The position numbers were made by a program, and so were the translations under genes. DNA of 64,000 nucleotides from the NCBI GenBank assembly GCA_051362555.1, contig CM120647.1:12748651-12812650 (forward strand), in the 5' to 3' direction. This document shows, piece by piece, positions 24,748 through 38,081 of the stretch. Under the pieces are notes generated by a model that saw only the letters and a list, made by a program, of their open reading frames with translations, made no database searches and was not told where the DNA came from. This stretch comes from Lingula anatina. Taxonomy: Eukaryota > Animalia > Brachiopoda. Each line of letters begins with the position of its first letter. Within the stretch, counting starts at the first letter, position 1.

Positions 24748-26976
24748 GAGTTATGTAATTTATATAATGGTTGTTTAATCATTCACAATAATAATAATGA
24801 TAATCATAATCATCATCATTGTAATAATAAAAATAATGTCTTCTCCACAATTTTGTTAAAAACAAAAGAAAAAAATGCTAAATTATCTCAAGAACACAAC
24901 AAATTTGATCCTTTGACAAATGAGGCAGAATTACCATTAGGTATGCATCATTAAGAGATAATGACTTCTGTTAAAGGCTGTTTGCTAATGAGGCCCGTCT
25001 CCTTTTTCAATATCTGTCATTACATGCAGTGATTAGTCTTTGAGTGCCAGGTTGTCATCTGTCGAGAAGAGGAAGGAAGGACATAAATATCTCGTTTCTC
25101 TTGAGAAACAAAACTTAGTCTGTACATCTTTATATCTTTATATTGATCTCAGACCAAATTAATTGTTTTCAAGGTTTTTTTAAATACAATAAAATAAATA
25201 GCCAATGTGTCCAAGCAATACAGTACCTCTAAGCAAAAACATAACCTCTCTCCACAGGGTTGGGAGGGGTGGGGTGGGTAATTATTTTTTCATAGAACAG
25301 AATGGCAAATCATTTGAAGACCAGTCAGACAGTTGTATGTATGGGTCTGTCTATTTATAGTAATAAATAATGTTATACTTTTATTTTATTTTTCTTTTAA
25401 ACGTAAATTTGTGAAATATGAACAGCAAAATTAATGGACTTACATTAAGTTTTAAAAATAGTATTGTGAACATTTATTCAGCCTTGACTGATTTGGTATG
25501 TATATTGATCTAGATGACTGTTTTGTCTTTAAGATGCCAAGTTTGTAATATTGAAAGCAAACTTAGAAGCCAGCAGCATCATTACAGGATTGTTTTGTCT
25601 TTTATTGAACATTTTCACCTTGGCCGACATAAATGAATATGTTTGTGTAACAAGTGAAAATCAATGCTGTCGGTTTTATTTTGTTACGTCCTCCTTGAAG
25701 AGGATGGATCGAAGGATTGCATGTATGCACATGCTGGAGAGAGTTACTTTGTGATGGAAAGGCTTAGAGAGATAAGGTGCTCAAGACCACAGATGATCAA
25801 GTTGTATGGTGTGTGTGTGTGTGAGTGAGTGGGTGTGTTTGCAAGAGAGAGAGAAAGAGAATAAAAAAAAGAGAGAGAGAGAAAATGAGAGAGAGGGAGA
25901 GAGAGAGAGAGAGAAAATAACAAAGAGAGAGAGAGATTGTCACATAAAACAAGACTTTCTGTACCACACCAGTGCGACTGGTCCTACAGAGTACTAGTAT
26001 GATGTGTGGATGAAGGGGGAGAGTAATTTAATAAATGAACCCCCCCCCCCCCTCCAATATACCAATCAGAATTAATGCAGTTACTAGTACTTCTAACTGG
26101 CTGTGCATTCAGAGAGAATTGAAAGAGCAGTTTTCTCTAGAACTCTAATAGACCCCAACCCATCCTTTATCAAGTGCCAAACAACCTAGGAGATAACAAT
26201 ACAAACAAAGCCAAACAGCACTGACTGTGTATGTAATGGCATTTACACGTGCATTCCATTCCTCATTGTCTACTGATCAATATACTAATGCGGGCTAGTG
26301 CATTTCCATTATCTATGCCTATTACAACACCATTGTTTTTATCTTCGATCCAGTGCCACGCACTGTAGAGTTAACAAGGGGGAAATTAATTCTGTCATTT
26401 ATATGCTACTTCATTTAATTGTGGGTGGAGAATATGAAACCCTAGTGTCCCCCAGAGAATGGTGAGGATTTAATGTGGAGTTGACCAGAGGTCATTCGGG
26501 GTCATTCGGTCAGTTGATCAGATCTTGAGTTCGTTGATGGTAATTTTGTTTGTAGTTCGGTGGGCAAAGAGTTTGTTGAGTTTCCCTGTGACTGTGTGAG
26601 TTTCAGAGATTGCTGGAAAGTTGACTTTGTTATCAGCATGATCTAGGACCCATTAAGGTAAGTGTAGTTTGATGGGTCTTTGGCATGATGAAAATGACAG
26701 AGGCATGCTGTTTATAGAGGTAAGTGTCTGGAAATTATAGTATCTCAGTAACTGGGGTAGGAAATGAAGAAAGATGCTGGTTATGTAGACAGACAATACT
26801 TTCATAATCAAACTATACTAACAAATCACTAAGACCATTATCAGTCTTCCACTCACAGACATACTACCCCCCTCAAAAAAATAAATAAATAAATAATAAA
26901 TAAATAAATAAATAAATAAATAGAAAAAAAATAATAAAAGAATTCTCAGAGTTTGCTGATAACCAGCTTCTATATA

Positions 26977-27179
26977 GGGCTATTCACATTAGCAAGTAAA
27001 ATGAAGTCGAGTTAACTTCGATTGAATCTGGGTCGATTAAACCCAGGTTCTTTGCGTTCACACTGGCATGGGAAGCAATGAGGGTAGAATTTCGCCAATT
27101 GTACCTCCTGTTAAGCATGTGCACTGTTGTTCTAAGATCAGGCTATAACTGTGGTCAAAATTGCCAGTGTGAATGGGGT
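26977..27179. mobile_element. PIF/Harbinger-like MITE, family C
   Basis: Ends gggctattcacattagcaa / ttgccagtgtgaatggggt with ATA on both sides; internal palindromes. Confidence 0.6.
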
Positions 27180-27194
27180 ATACATCACCACTAA

Positions 27195-27383
27195 GACCCC
27201 TTAATTCAGAATAGAGGACTACTGTATCTAGTCCGAGGGTCAAAAATGGCGACCCACTACAAAGCTTGCCGTCTAATCCGCTAATAGACACTAAATAGAT
27301 ATCCGGGGGGAAGTATTCAAGTGGGTGACTGGTTGGCCATATTTGACCCTGGGACTTGTTAGTCCACTGTTCTGAATGAGGCC
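27195..27383. mobile_element. Family A MITE
   Basis: TAA flanks; TIRs attcagaatagaggact...agtccactgttctgaatgaggcc; highly similar to 41079-41253. Confidence 0.85.
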
Positions 27384-27867
27384 TAAGACATGCTGTTGAC
27401 TGAGGATGTTAGTACTTTCCACAGGTTCTTAACTTGCCCTGGGAGCAGGGGTGGAGAAACCCTGGCCAGGAGCCAGCAGGATACTGCTTATTACAGACTT
27501 TATATTGGGTTGTAATTGGGTGATTATTTTACTGTGTGGTCGATGAACTGTGATTTCAGACACTATATAGTGATATTAAGCTTTCTTGGTGCCAGTATTG
27601 TCAATTTCTGTTGCAATCAATTCAGTGTTACTTCTGACACTGTGAACATGTATAATGAAGCTTTACCAGTGCCAAAATTCAATTTCCAATCCAGCATAAA
27701 CTTGGGTTGACGCAGCATTGTGTTATAAATCAATTTTTTTCTCGGTGTCACAAGTTTGATTCTCCAACATAACCAAGAACAAACACCCCAAGTTAAAGAG
27801 ATTACTATCAACACACCTCTTTATTTAACAAAAGGCCTCTGGAGTTTCTAGGAACCTCTGAAGCTTA

Positions 27868-28073
27868 GACTGCATTCACAACCAAAGTTCGGCCCCACAC
27901 TAACAGATCCATAGATCAAATATGGCTGAACCACTTAAAAGCCAACCGCATAATCTATGCGGAGGATCTATTCATTGCCTATAAGGGGATAATGCAGCAA
28001 GCTTTAAAGTGGGTCGGCCATGTTTGATCCACGGATCTGTCAGTCTGCAGATCAACTTGTTCTGAATGCGCCC
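27868..28073. mobile_element. Family A MITE
   Basis: gactgcattcacaac...gttctgaatgcgccc with gatcaaatatggc/gccatgtttgatc inner arms; flanks TTA/TCA. Confidence 0.85.
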
Positions 28074-28112
28074 TCAGGGTACTATCTAGTCCAGTTTATT
28101 TAATTAGTCCTG

Positions 28113-28235
28113 GTAATACACCCTGAGTTTCAGGCATTGCTGAGAATTTGCCTGTAATACACCCCGAGTTTCAGGCATTGCTGGGAACTTGCCTGTAATA
28201 CACCCCGAGTTTCAGGCATTGCTGGGAACTTGCCT
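28113..28235 (+). repeat. 41-bp tandem repeat, 3 copies
   Basis: GTAATACACCCCGAGTTTCAGGCATTGCTGGGAACTTGCCT at 28113, 28154 and 28195. Confidence 0.95.
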
Positions 28236-28239
28236 CTAA

Positions 28240-28465
28240 GGGTGCTTTCCCAGAGATTTAGATCGATCTAAAGATTAAGTTTTAGATCGACCTAACTCCC
28301 TGGGGGTTCACGCTAAATTGTAGTCAGCCGAGCGGGCACCATAGTTAATTACCCCCTTACAGCTTTTAGTACGCGGGACAGACGCTTAAGCCGGCCAAGC
28401 TGACAGTAATCTAGTGAGACTCCCCACAAGGATAGATCGGTCTAAAAATCTATGGAAATGGGGTG
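28240..28465 (+). mobile_element. Family B MITE
   Basis: TAA TSD (28237-28239, 28466-28468), TIRs; inverted homolog of 22261-22461. Confidence 0.9.
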
Positions 28466-30677
28466 TAATACATCAGCATGTCTCCAAGATAACCAGAGAA
28501 ACAGCAGAGAAAATTATCCTAAAACTGAGGGTGCTAATCATCGCCTTATCTCCTGTTTTGCTGTGAGATCAACAGGAAGATGAGTTGCATGTTATTGTAT
28601 CAGTAATATAGTTTTATGCCCCAGTGTCGGTTCATTTCCTCTGCGGCTGATGAATGGAAGCACAGTCATTGCAGAGAACAGTCAGTGAAAATTGGGAGAG
28701 AACTGGGAGAGGCTTTATTTTGTGGCTGTAGCTGGGACAGGTTAGGAGGTGGTTTAAATTTGCTGCTAATAGATGGTGATTATGATTAAGAGCGCGTCCA
28801 TGAGAAAGCCAGCCAGATCGGTCAGAAGGCGGCAAGGTGGGGGTCAGCAGATTTTAATAATTTTTGGTGTGGTAAACCATCAACATAAAAGATATTGTGA
28901 GCCACTGGCTTTCTTATTTTGGATCATTAGTTTTAGAGATATGGGGGAAGATCTTTTATCCGCAATTTTGCCAAAATATAGCATTTTTTAGCTCTTGAAA
29001 AGTTATAATTTTAAATATTCTTTTAAAAAATCATGTACATCATAAGGAATTATTTAGGTAAGCCATATGATGGGTTAAGGAAAAACCTTTAATACCCAAT
29101 ACAGATTTTTCGAAAGGGCACTGTCATGACCACACAAGGTTGATTCTAATAAGGCATGTTTTCCGTATGCTTGACCCCCTCCCCCTCTTTAAATGCACAC
29201 ATCTTCTTTTTTGCAGGTTGTATCCATATAATTTTGGTATGTGCTGATAGAAAAGGGTTGAAAAATAAATTCTGTGAAATAAAATCTGTGTTAAACCTTG
29301 TAAAATTAGAACTATAACAATTTTAAAAAGGGCCTAAAAACGAATATTTTTATACTACTGAAATGCTAATCTGTTTCTTCAACTAAATTGATAAGTCAAA
29401 ACCATGGATATGTTTGTGAAAAGCCTTTAAAATAATCATGTTTGCCCTGCAGACAAACTTATGAAGCAAAATACATTTTTTTAAATTTGTTTATGTTGTA
29501 GAAACTAAATGTAAAATAATAATGCTAACTCTGTGACCTATTTTCGACATGGCGGGTACTAGGATTATCACCGGAGCAACTGTGGAGCAAAGCACATCGT
29601 CTTTACAGTGTTAAAACATAATGCTTTCTTAATTTTATGAAGAACACGCACTAGAGATGCTTAGGTACATCTCAGAAGGATTGGTGTGCACCAGAATATC
29701 ACAAGAAATAACCATAGCAGCTGGTCGTCCTTAGAATGTTTATTTTTTGTTGAACCACTTCAGACTGTTGTCAGGCTTGGGTTTCTCAATATATCCAATT
29801 CATCGATTTAGCTCTGGATGTTTGTTGTAAGGTAAGTGATCATATATATATATATAAACAGACAAAGTCGGTTCTGTCACTATTTCAGGTACTGTCTTCT
29901 ATGTAGTAATAACCTACCCTGTTGTTGGCCAGTGGTGGCATACAATTACATACTGTATACTAGAATCAGATACACTAAAAGCTCAAACCAGTTTAAATAA
30001 TAAGTTTGAATACTTTAAAGTAATATAAAGAAAATTAAGCAGAATTAAAAGATGTACTGGTATATTTCGATTCATAGAATTTTACTTGATTTCTATTTCA
30101 TGGTAAATATGTCAGCTGAAAAGAATAAACTGTGTATCTAACTTATGAAGTATATTTGTGCATTAAATTCTAGGGCTTTGCTACGTTATCATAACACAAA
30201 CAGTTAAGGACAACTGAGCTTGTAGACAGCTTCATTAGAAATTTCTTACCCAGAGCCAAAGGTATGTAACACACATTCAGTTTCAAGTTTTGGCATTTTA
30301 GAAGATGTTACTTGTGCCAGTTTTTTATATTTTAGTTTCATATGCAGATTTATGTGTTTACAATGAAGTTGAAGTTAGCGACTTAGCTTTATGTGACTTT
30401 GTAACACACTGTGCTTCAATTTTCAAGATTTACATATTACACAGAACACTTGTACAACTTAAAGTACTTTAGTAAAATCAGGAAAATTTTGCGGTCCATT
30501 ATGTTGTTCATGATGCTTTGCAAGGGGGCGTGCCAGACAATTAAGCTGATTACAACAACTGAGCCTGAGTGTGATACTCCGCTGAGATAGATTGATCCTG
30601 CTACGATAGTTTCTATTCTGAACACAGTAAGCCTCTGTTGTTGTAAAACTTTTATTGATGTTATGTATATTTTTCAG

Positions 30678-30781
30678 ATTTTACATCCTAGGCCTGGATG
30701 TGAACCTTGACCTGGACAATCTTACAGATAATAATAGAAGAGTCACCTGAAATTGCACAGGCAAATTCATCAGATTCAGAT
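30678..30781 (+). other. Candidate non-coding (5'UTR) exon
   Basis: Strong acceptor tttttcag and donor GAT|GTGAGT; stops in all three frames; an upstream perfect donor AAG|GTAAGT lies at 29831. Confidence 0.35.
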
Positions 30782-33592
30782 GTGAGTACCAACTATGTCT
30801 TTTTATCATGAAATTCTGGTAGCTACATCATGCATATTTGATTTCATTTTCAATCATTGTTTTTATTTATGCAATATATTTGATCAGTATATTATTTAGT
30901 CATTGTTTTTATACAGCAATTAGCATAAGTTTAAAATATGTTTAATACATTTTCTTTTGACAGCTTGTCCTGCCATCTTCAGGTAGATGCAGTAGTGGAT
31001 ATCCTGGCGAACCTTTATTGGACTTAGAGCCACCTTGGGACAATCCCCCATAACAAATGTGCATCTTAGGCTTGGCAATCTCACTCAGTTTTGTAGGAAA
31101 GGAGGATTTGCACCATTGGATTGACAAATATTGACAATTGACAGTTCAGTCACACTAAACTATAGTGGCATGTTGCTTCAAGTTACCACACTTATTCTAA
31201 GATTGCTGAATTATCATTACTGTCTAAGGAGACCCTAGATCTCTCAACCAGAAGAAGAAACTTGGGGATCAATCAGTTATAAGATTAAAATCTCTGGAAC
31301 ACTACCCATCACTGTTGTGTTCAGTATATGGAAAAGATGACCGTGGTATTGGAACCTTGGAGATTCATAACTTGATTTCACTCCTGTGAAAAGTAACTAC
31401 TTTGTTCTTTTACTGTCCAATTGATAATATGAAAATAAAGCACTCCTCCTGTCATTGTATGTTGCTGACTCTGTTTTAATTTTCTTTATAGAAAAATAAT
31501 ATAGATATCAAGATATCTATCACATGTATCACATGTATTTACAAAACCTATGAATCATTTGAAAGGAAAAAGAATGGTTGAAAAATGCAATATAAATCAT
31601 TTCAAGTGGATTAAGTAGTGTTGCACTTGGGAAAACTGATAAAATGAGACAGTCATTCCCTTTTGCCTTTAGAAAAATGCTTTGTGATTTTTTTTTTATT
31701 TTTCTCTCTTGCTCCCTGAAAATAAGGTATATACACAATGCTGATGACATTGGATATGCACAGTAATAACTCATTAAATATATGTGTGTGTGGGGGGGGG
31801 GGGGGGGGGGGGTTGAATAACTTGTCACTAATCATTTTAATTTATTCAGAAGTTGTATGGCTCTGTTTGAAAAGAATATTATCTGAGCAATCCTGTATTA
31901 CAGATCTCAAAATAAAAAACCTGCAAAAATGGGCCTCTTGATTATTTTGAGGAATTACAGTAACTGTATTTTGGCACAGAATTGATGGCAGCCATCTTGT
32001 ATTTATAAAAATTGGATAGATTTGCCCTTATCAAAGCACTGTTTGAATTCCTGGCTGTGAATGTTTGATTAAATTTGATTATTGGAAGGTAATATCTCAA
32101 AATGTAGTGATATCTTGATTTCGGTCGTTTGGTTTTCTGCTAAAATTGCACAAGTTTGAGGCACTTTTTCAATATCTTCTGTTGTGTTTAACACACTTTT
32201 TAAAATTTGTATGATGAGACCAATATATGCTCAGGATCCCTATACAATTTTTTGGCTGTCAACCCTGCAAAAAGAGAGATATGAATGCTTGAACATTGCT
32301 TGGTAGAAAAGTGAGTTTGGGGGGGGTGGGGTTATAAAAATGGGCGTGGCTCGTTAGTTTATGGGTTAAACTGAAATTAAGTAACATATTCTCAATAGCA
32401 AATGGCTGGTTTAAATAGGTAAATTATCAATTTATTTTAAAAAGTCATCAGTTTTAACATATTTGCTTATGAAGTGGCTTTATTGACCGAAGCTGAAAAT
32501 TAAGCCAAAAATGGCCAAAACATTTAATATTATATTATAATTATATCCAATGATTTATTTTGGGATTGTTGCCTTCAATGTGAATATCTCCTATATATAC
32601 AACTATATTATGAATTTGGTTGAAATCTGTTGACCCCCACCTTGCCACCCTCTGACTGGTCTTATCATGGACACACACTTAATCAGTGGAATATTATGTA
32701 CAGAATAGAAGGTAAGAAAGTAAATGTGGTTCTAATTTAGATTTGTACAGAATAGTAATGATGATGATTAATATAAAGTTCCTTAATGCAGGGATTATAT
32801 ATGTCATGTAAAAAGTGTACATGTGGATGGTGATAAGTGTGAAGATAGATTTTAGACCACAGTTTGATTCAAAGCAGTTGGTCTAAAAATTCAATTTGTA
32901 GGTTATATTAAGTATGACAACAGATTTTCTGAGGCTCCATGGAAGATTTTTTTTTTTTTTTTTTTGTCTAACTTTGTCAGATTATTTATAAAAGAATGTT
33001 TCTTCTGATCCCACTACTTTTCTCAACACGTGACTCAGGTTGCTTTATTGGGTTCCTCTATGAATAAAAAACTAAAAAGAATGAAAAAAGAAACTGATTC
33101 AGCGTACTAGTAGGTGAATCATAAGTTTAATCTAGCAGTAAATCTATCCCTGGTACAATCATGTTGAAAAAAAATATGTCAATTTTTTCCCAGCTTAATT
33201 GAGATAATTTTTCATTTTGCATACTAGAAGTGGTCTGCTTTTGTTGCGACCATGTTGGAACTAATGATTGTCTTCCTCCAAGTCACCTCATGGAGTTTTT
33301 CAAAATTACTATCCCAGTAAAACTGATTGTGTTAACTTTGTCGGAGCTGCACTTGATAGTTCAATAGGAAATGATTCAATCATATTATCAACTGAATTAA
33401 ATAGTGGATTCCCATGTGGATGTTGCTTGTCAAGCTTGGAGTTCTTACTGCAGGTTGCTATGGTGACATTTTAAAATTGTGCTTGTATGTTGTCTTGCTG
33501 GGCGATTAGCAATTTAGAACATTTCTTGGTGGCTGGTGATTTTGGAAGAGTCATGGAATAGTCATTTGGAGATAAAGTTGTATTTTGTTGGC

Positions 33593-33634
<42 letters not shown>

Positions 33635-34388
33635 AATCTCTCTCTCTCTCTCTCTCTCTCTCACCAATCGATTTTTAAAGTACTTGAGTGTCCCTTTTTC
33701 AATAATCAACCCTTCTTTTTTACCTTTTTGATCAGTCAGCCTTTCCAAAATTAAATTAATTTTACTGAATCAATTATTTGAGCGGTGGGTTTATCTCTTA
33801 TGTCTGAGCCACTTTACCATTGTAGCACTGAACTTCGTATAATTAATATATATGTATAGTCCCTAGGATGGAGAGAACCAAGCTTAGAACTATTCTTATC
33901 AATAATGCAGAAAAACCATGCGTCAAAGTATATTTAACGTCAAAGAACTCACTTCTGGTCTAGTGCATGTATGCTTGAACATTTCCCATCTTTTGATGGA
34001 ACTTGGCCCTTTTTCTGAGGCTCCAGGGAGTATTTTACTTGGAATGGTTAAGGCATTTTAGACGTTTTGCTCAAGAAATCAATCTTGTGCCTGAGTTGAG
34101 GTGAGATGCACCATTATGGTGGAGTGTACTGATCATGATGATGTGAAACCCAAGACTTGGATCCTTTTTTATATGCTTTATATTTTAATGATTGTATGTT
34201 TTATTTTAAAAGCCTCGCATTATGTAGTTGGTATTTTCATTCTTTGTTAGCCTTAGCAGTGTTCCTGTTTATAGATACGTGTAAATAGATGGAAAAGTCA
34301 GAGGTGTCCCTTTGCATAAGGTTTTGGGGTGCATTTCTCGATACTGACTAGCATAGTAATTTTAAACTATTCTTTTTTTCATTTCCAG

Positions 34389-34599
34389 GCGTGAGAAGAC
34401 GCTCGAGAAGCTACGGTTGTTACGATGATCCATATCGTCTAGTAGGCATCATTGAGCCCTCAAACAGCTCCGCGGGTGGTCTGACCCCCAGCAGTGGCAG
34501 ACCCCGTGGAAATGAGAATGGCAGCCCCCACGTGTCAAATCACGGATTTCCTGCCATGTTGTCTGCTCAGGGTCCCCATGGGTCTCCCCAGGGTATTAT
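34389..34599 (+). CDS. TMCC: TMCC gene internal exon (211 nt, phase 1/2)
   Basis: Strong acceptor tttttttcatttccag; GC-rich open frame VRRRSRSYGCYDDPYRLVGIIEPSNSSAGGLTPSSGRPRGNENGSPHVSNHGFPAMLSAQGPHGSPQGI; donor AT|GTAAGT; AT+G joins 62975 in frame. Confidence 0.8.
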
Positions 34600-34606
34600 G
34601 TAAGTG

Positions 34607-34652
<46 letters not shown>

Positions 34653-35102
34653 TGTATGTTCTCAGGATATGATATACTCGTTAGTGATATTGTATGTGTG
34701 CATGCTTGCATATATGTACATTGTGCACGTGTGTGTGTGTGTGTGTGTGTGTTTACCCTCAAGTGCATATATTAATGATGGTCTGTGCATGTCCTCTGTT
34801 TGCTTTAAAACAAGTGTGCGTATATATGTGTATGTATGTGTGTTTTATGGCATACATTAATAATATGTGCATTGTATTATGTTGTGGATGACAGTGTTGG
34901 TATGAGTGATAACATTGATGATGATGATGATGATGACAGTACTGCTTAGTATGATGGTGTATTGCAATCAAGCCTGGAAGCCCCTGTAGTCAGTAGAAGT
35001 GGATGAAGGTGGATACCTAGCTATAGGGCACCAGAACTTACAGCAACACCATGGCAATACTGGTACCAGTTACTACACAGCAAGGGCCCATACAGTACAA
35101 GT

Positions 35103-35258
35103 GGATCCTAGGACCAACAGATCTGTGGATCAAATATGGCCGACCCACTTGAAAGCTTGCTGCATTATCTCCTTATAAAAATACTCTAAATGGATTCCCC
35201 CCTGGGGATTACATGTCAAGCTTTCAAGTGGGTTGGCCATATTTAGATCCTTGGATCA
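35103..35258. mobile_element. Family A MITE with truncated termini
   Basis: ggatcaaatatggccgacccacttgaaagcttg...caagctttcaagtgggttggccatatttagatcc. Confidence 0.8.
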
Positions 35259-35301
35259 ACTGTGGTAGTGGACGTGACCCAACACTGACAGCACAACAGC
35301 A

Positions 35302-35381
35302 ATGACAGAATTAACAACTGTACAGATTGGGGTGGCCCACTGTGGAAGTGAGAACAGAATGCAGGGCAATAGTAATTTAAG
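35302..35381 (+). CDS. Candidate alternative first coding exon of TMCC (phase 2)
   Basis: MTELTTVQIGVAHCGSENRMQGNSNL after an in-frame stop; donor AAG|GTAAGA; phase matches 62975. Confidence 0.35.
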
Positions 35382-37768
35382 GTAAGACTGAAATTTTACC
35401 ACTTTATTTCTAGATAAATTGAATGGTAGGTTTGTGCAGATAATGGAGGGTTAAATACTATGATCAGTGAAGTGTTATACTGAAATGATGGAAGCAAGTA
35501 TGCGTATGAATCTATGCCAAAGTCTAAATAATTGTGGTATCAGTTGACCAGTGTAGAGATTTCAAAGATATATATATATATAATCATGTTTCTGGACAAT
35601 GGGACATTAAGAAAAGAGAAATGGTTGAAAAGACAGCAACAGTAAAAATAAATTTTCCTTATTCTACGGGCAGGTATTGTTGGATATAAAAGTGAGATAT
35701 AGGAAAGGGGCAGCTGTATCAGCACAATGTGAGATTGTGCTTGTCACTACTAACACACTAGAGCAGTCTTCAGTGGTCTCAACCAATTGTGTTGGGTTGG
35801 CCCACCTAACACATTTTGTTCCTTCATGAGGGCATTTGTAATATTTACCTAGCCAGGTGTGTTGTTTATTGTTGTAGTATTCAAGATTATGTGTTGGAGA
35901 GTGGGGGGTTATACAAGGAAAAAGAATACAGAATAGTAGATGACAAAATATTAAGGGAACATGTAGGATACTTGTACAGGTTAAGAAACGTTTCTTTGGC
36001 ATTATATCTTCTGAGATATAATACAGTCTGTATTGTATAATACACAATAATTATACAGTCTCTCTCTCTCTGTCTCTCTGCAGACTTGCAGAAGAGAGTT
36101 AATACAATGAGCAGTATATGGTTCATCAAATTTAGATTGCGATTATGGCAATCTGGGCTTTTCTCACATAAGATATTGCAACATGTTTGACATGGACCAT
36201 GGGGGGGGGGGGGGGGAGTATCAGGTCAGAAGGAAAATGGGCCTTGGGCTAGAAAAGGTCGTTTTCGAATCATAAATTGATAAAGGTTCTATGTCATCTT
36301 TCAAGTCAGTTGAACTCTCCTGGGGTCACTTTTTCCAAAATAATAAAAATGTTGGCTGTAATCCTGAGACTATATTTTTGTGCCATTATTTTGGACATAA
36401 CCTTTCTTTTTGTTGATCCACACTGTGAAACATTTTTCTAGAATAAACACATATTATAAACATAACCTTTCAAGAGAATCTGGGGGAACTGGTATAATGG
36501 CCATCAAAAATATTGTTAAGAAAGCAGTTATGGGGAGAGTGTGTTAGAAGATCAACTAAGCTGGGTTCCTATCAAAACAAATCAAAGAAGCAGGAGGTAT
36601 TTTTGGAGTTTTTAATTTGAGGAATTCCTCTGATGAAAATCCCTGTGATTGAATCCATGAGGAGAAGAAAAGAATTGCCAGTGGCAATAAATGTCAGCAA
36701 TAAAAGCCTTTTTATGACTGATATTTTCCAGCAGTAATGTCATATATCAAAATGAAAGATAGGGTCGATTTGGGATTATATTGATGTTTTCCAGCTGCTA
36801 TCCATCAGTAACATTTTTGCATTTTATTGTATTATTTGTAAATTTATTAAAATCAAATCCTTATTATTTTAAGATGAAACATTCCTTTTGTTATTATTTA
36901 GCTATTTATTAATTTATTCAATTATTTTGCATTTAAGTGTTTTTCTGAGAGTGTGAGATCTACAAGGCTTTATTCCTTGTTGTCACCAACCAGCCTGTTT
37001 TTCTCAGAGCATGACTTGTTAATAAATGACTGCAAATAAAGCAGATTTAAAAAGAAAAAGAAAACATAAATTGACAGTTTAGGGAAATAAAAACAAAACC
37101 AAGAAAAAACGCTTCTAGACTACAAATTTCCCTGGGGTCTTGGCAAGTTGTGCAATGGGTTGCATGACTGAAACTTTTTTATCATGGGGAAACATTTTTT
37201 TCTAGATAAACGGATGAGTCACTGATAGAAAATTTTAGATGCAATTGAATGCTTTATAAATTGTATGTGAAAGAGTAAACAAAACTGTATATTTATTATT
37301 AAGAGTGAAACACATCACACTGGTGTCTATTGTTTAACTTAATTTGAGTACATAATGATCAGAATTATCGGTTTCGTGTCAGATGACACCGTTCGAGACA
37401 CTTCCCCCTTGTGTGGAGTATTACGTCATCGTCTCAGCCTTGTTATCACTATGTTGTCTGTGGTGGTTTTTGTGCCATGGTGTGGGGTGTCTGGAGGTTT
37501 GTAGGTTCAACTAATAATATTTATCAAAAATAGATGTTTTAAAAAGAGACTTACCTGACTCATGCCAAGCTGAGCAATTTTCTGGTGTGAAAGAAACCAT
37601 TTGGTAAGGGTTCTTCAAAGACTTCATCTTTGAGGCCCTTAAACTTTGCACCAAGTATTACACAATTATGATAAAGTAATTGGCATTAATTGTGTTTAAA
37701 TGTAAGTTAATCTTGGAGCCCAGTCTGTGGCTGCCCTTGAGAAATCAGTTGTCTTGGACAATATTGAA

Positions 37769-38081
37769 ATTGCCTGTGACTGCCTTTGGTGAAACCCATT
37801 GCCTGTGACTGCCTTTGGTGAAACCCATTGCCTGTGACTGCCTTTGGTGAAACCCATTGCCTGTGACTGTATTTGGTAAAACCCATTGTCTGTGACTGCC
37901 TTCGGTGAAACCCATTGCCTATGACTGCCTTTGGTGAAACCCCTTGCCTGTGACTGTCTTTGGTAAAACCCATTGCCTGTGACTGTATTTGGTAAAACCC
38001 ATTGTCTGTGACTGCCTTCGGTGAAACCCATTGCCTGTGACTGCCTTTGGTGAAACCCATTGCTTGTGACTGTCTTTGGTG
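37769..38081. repeat. 29-bp minisatellite, ~11 copies
   Basis: ATTGCCTGTGACTGCCTTTGGTGAAACCC head-to-tail with no spacers. Confidence 0.97.
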
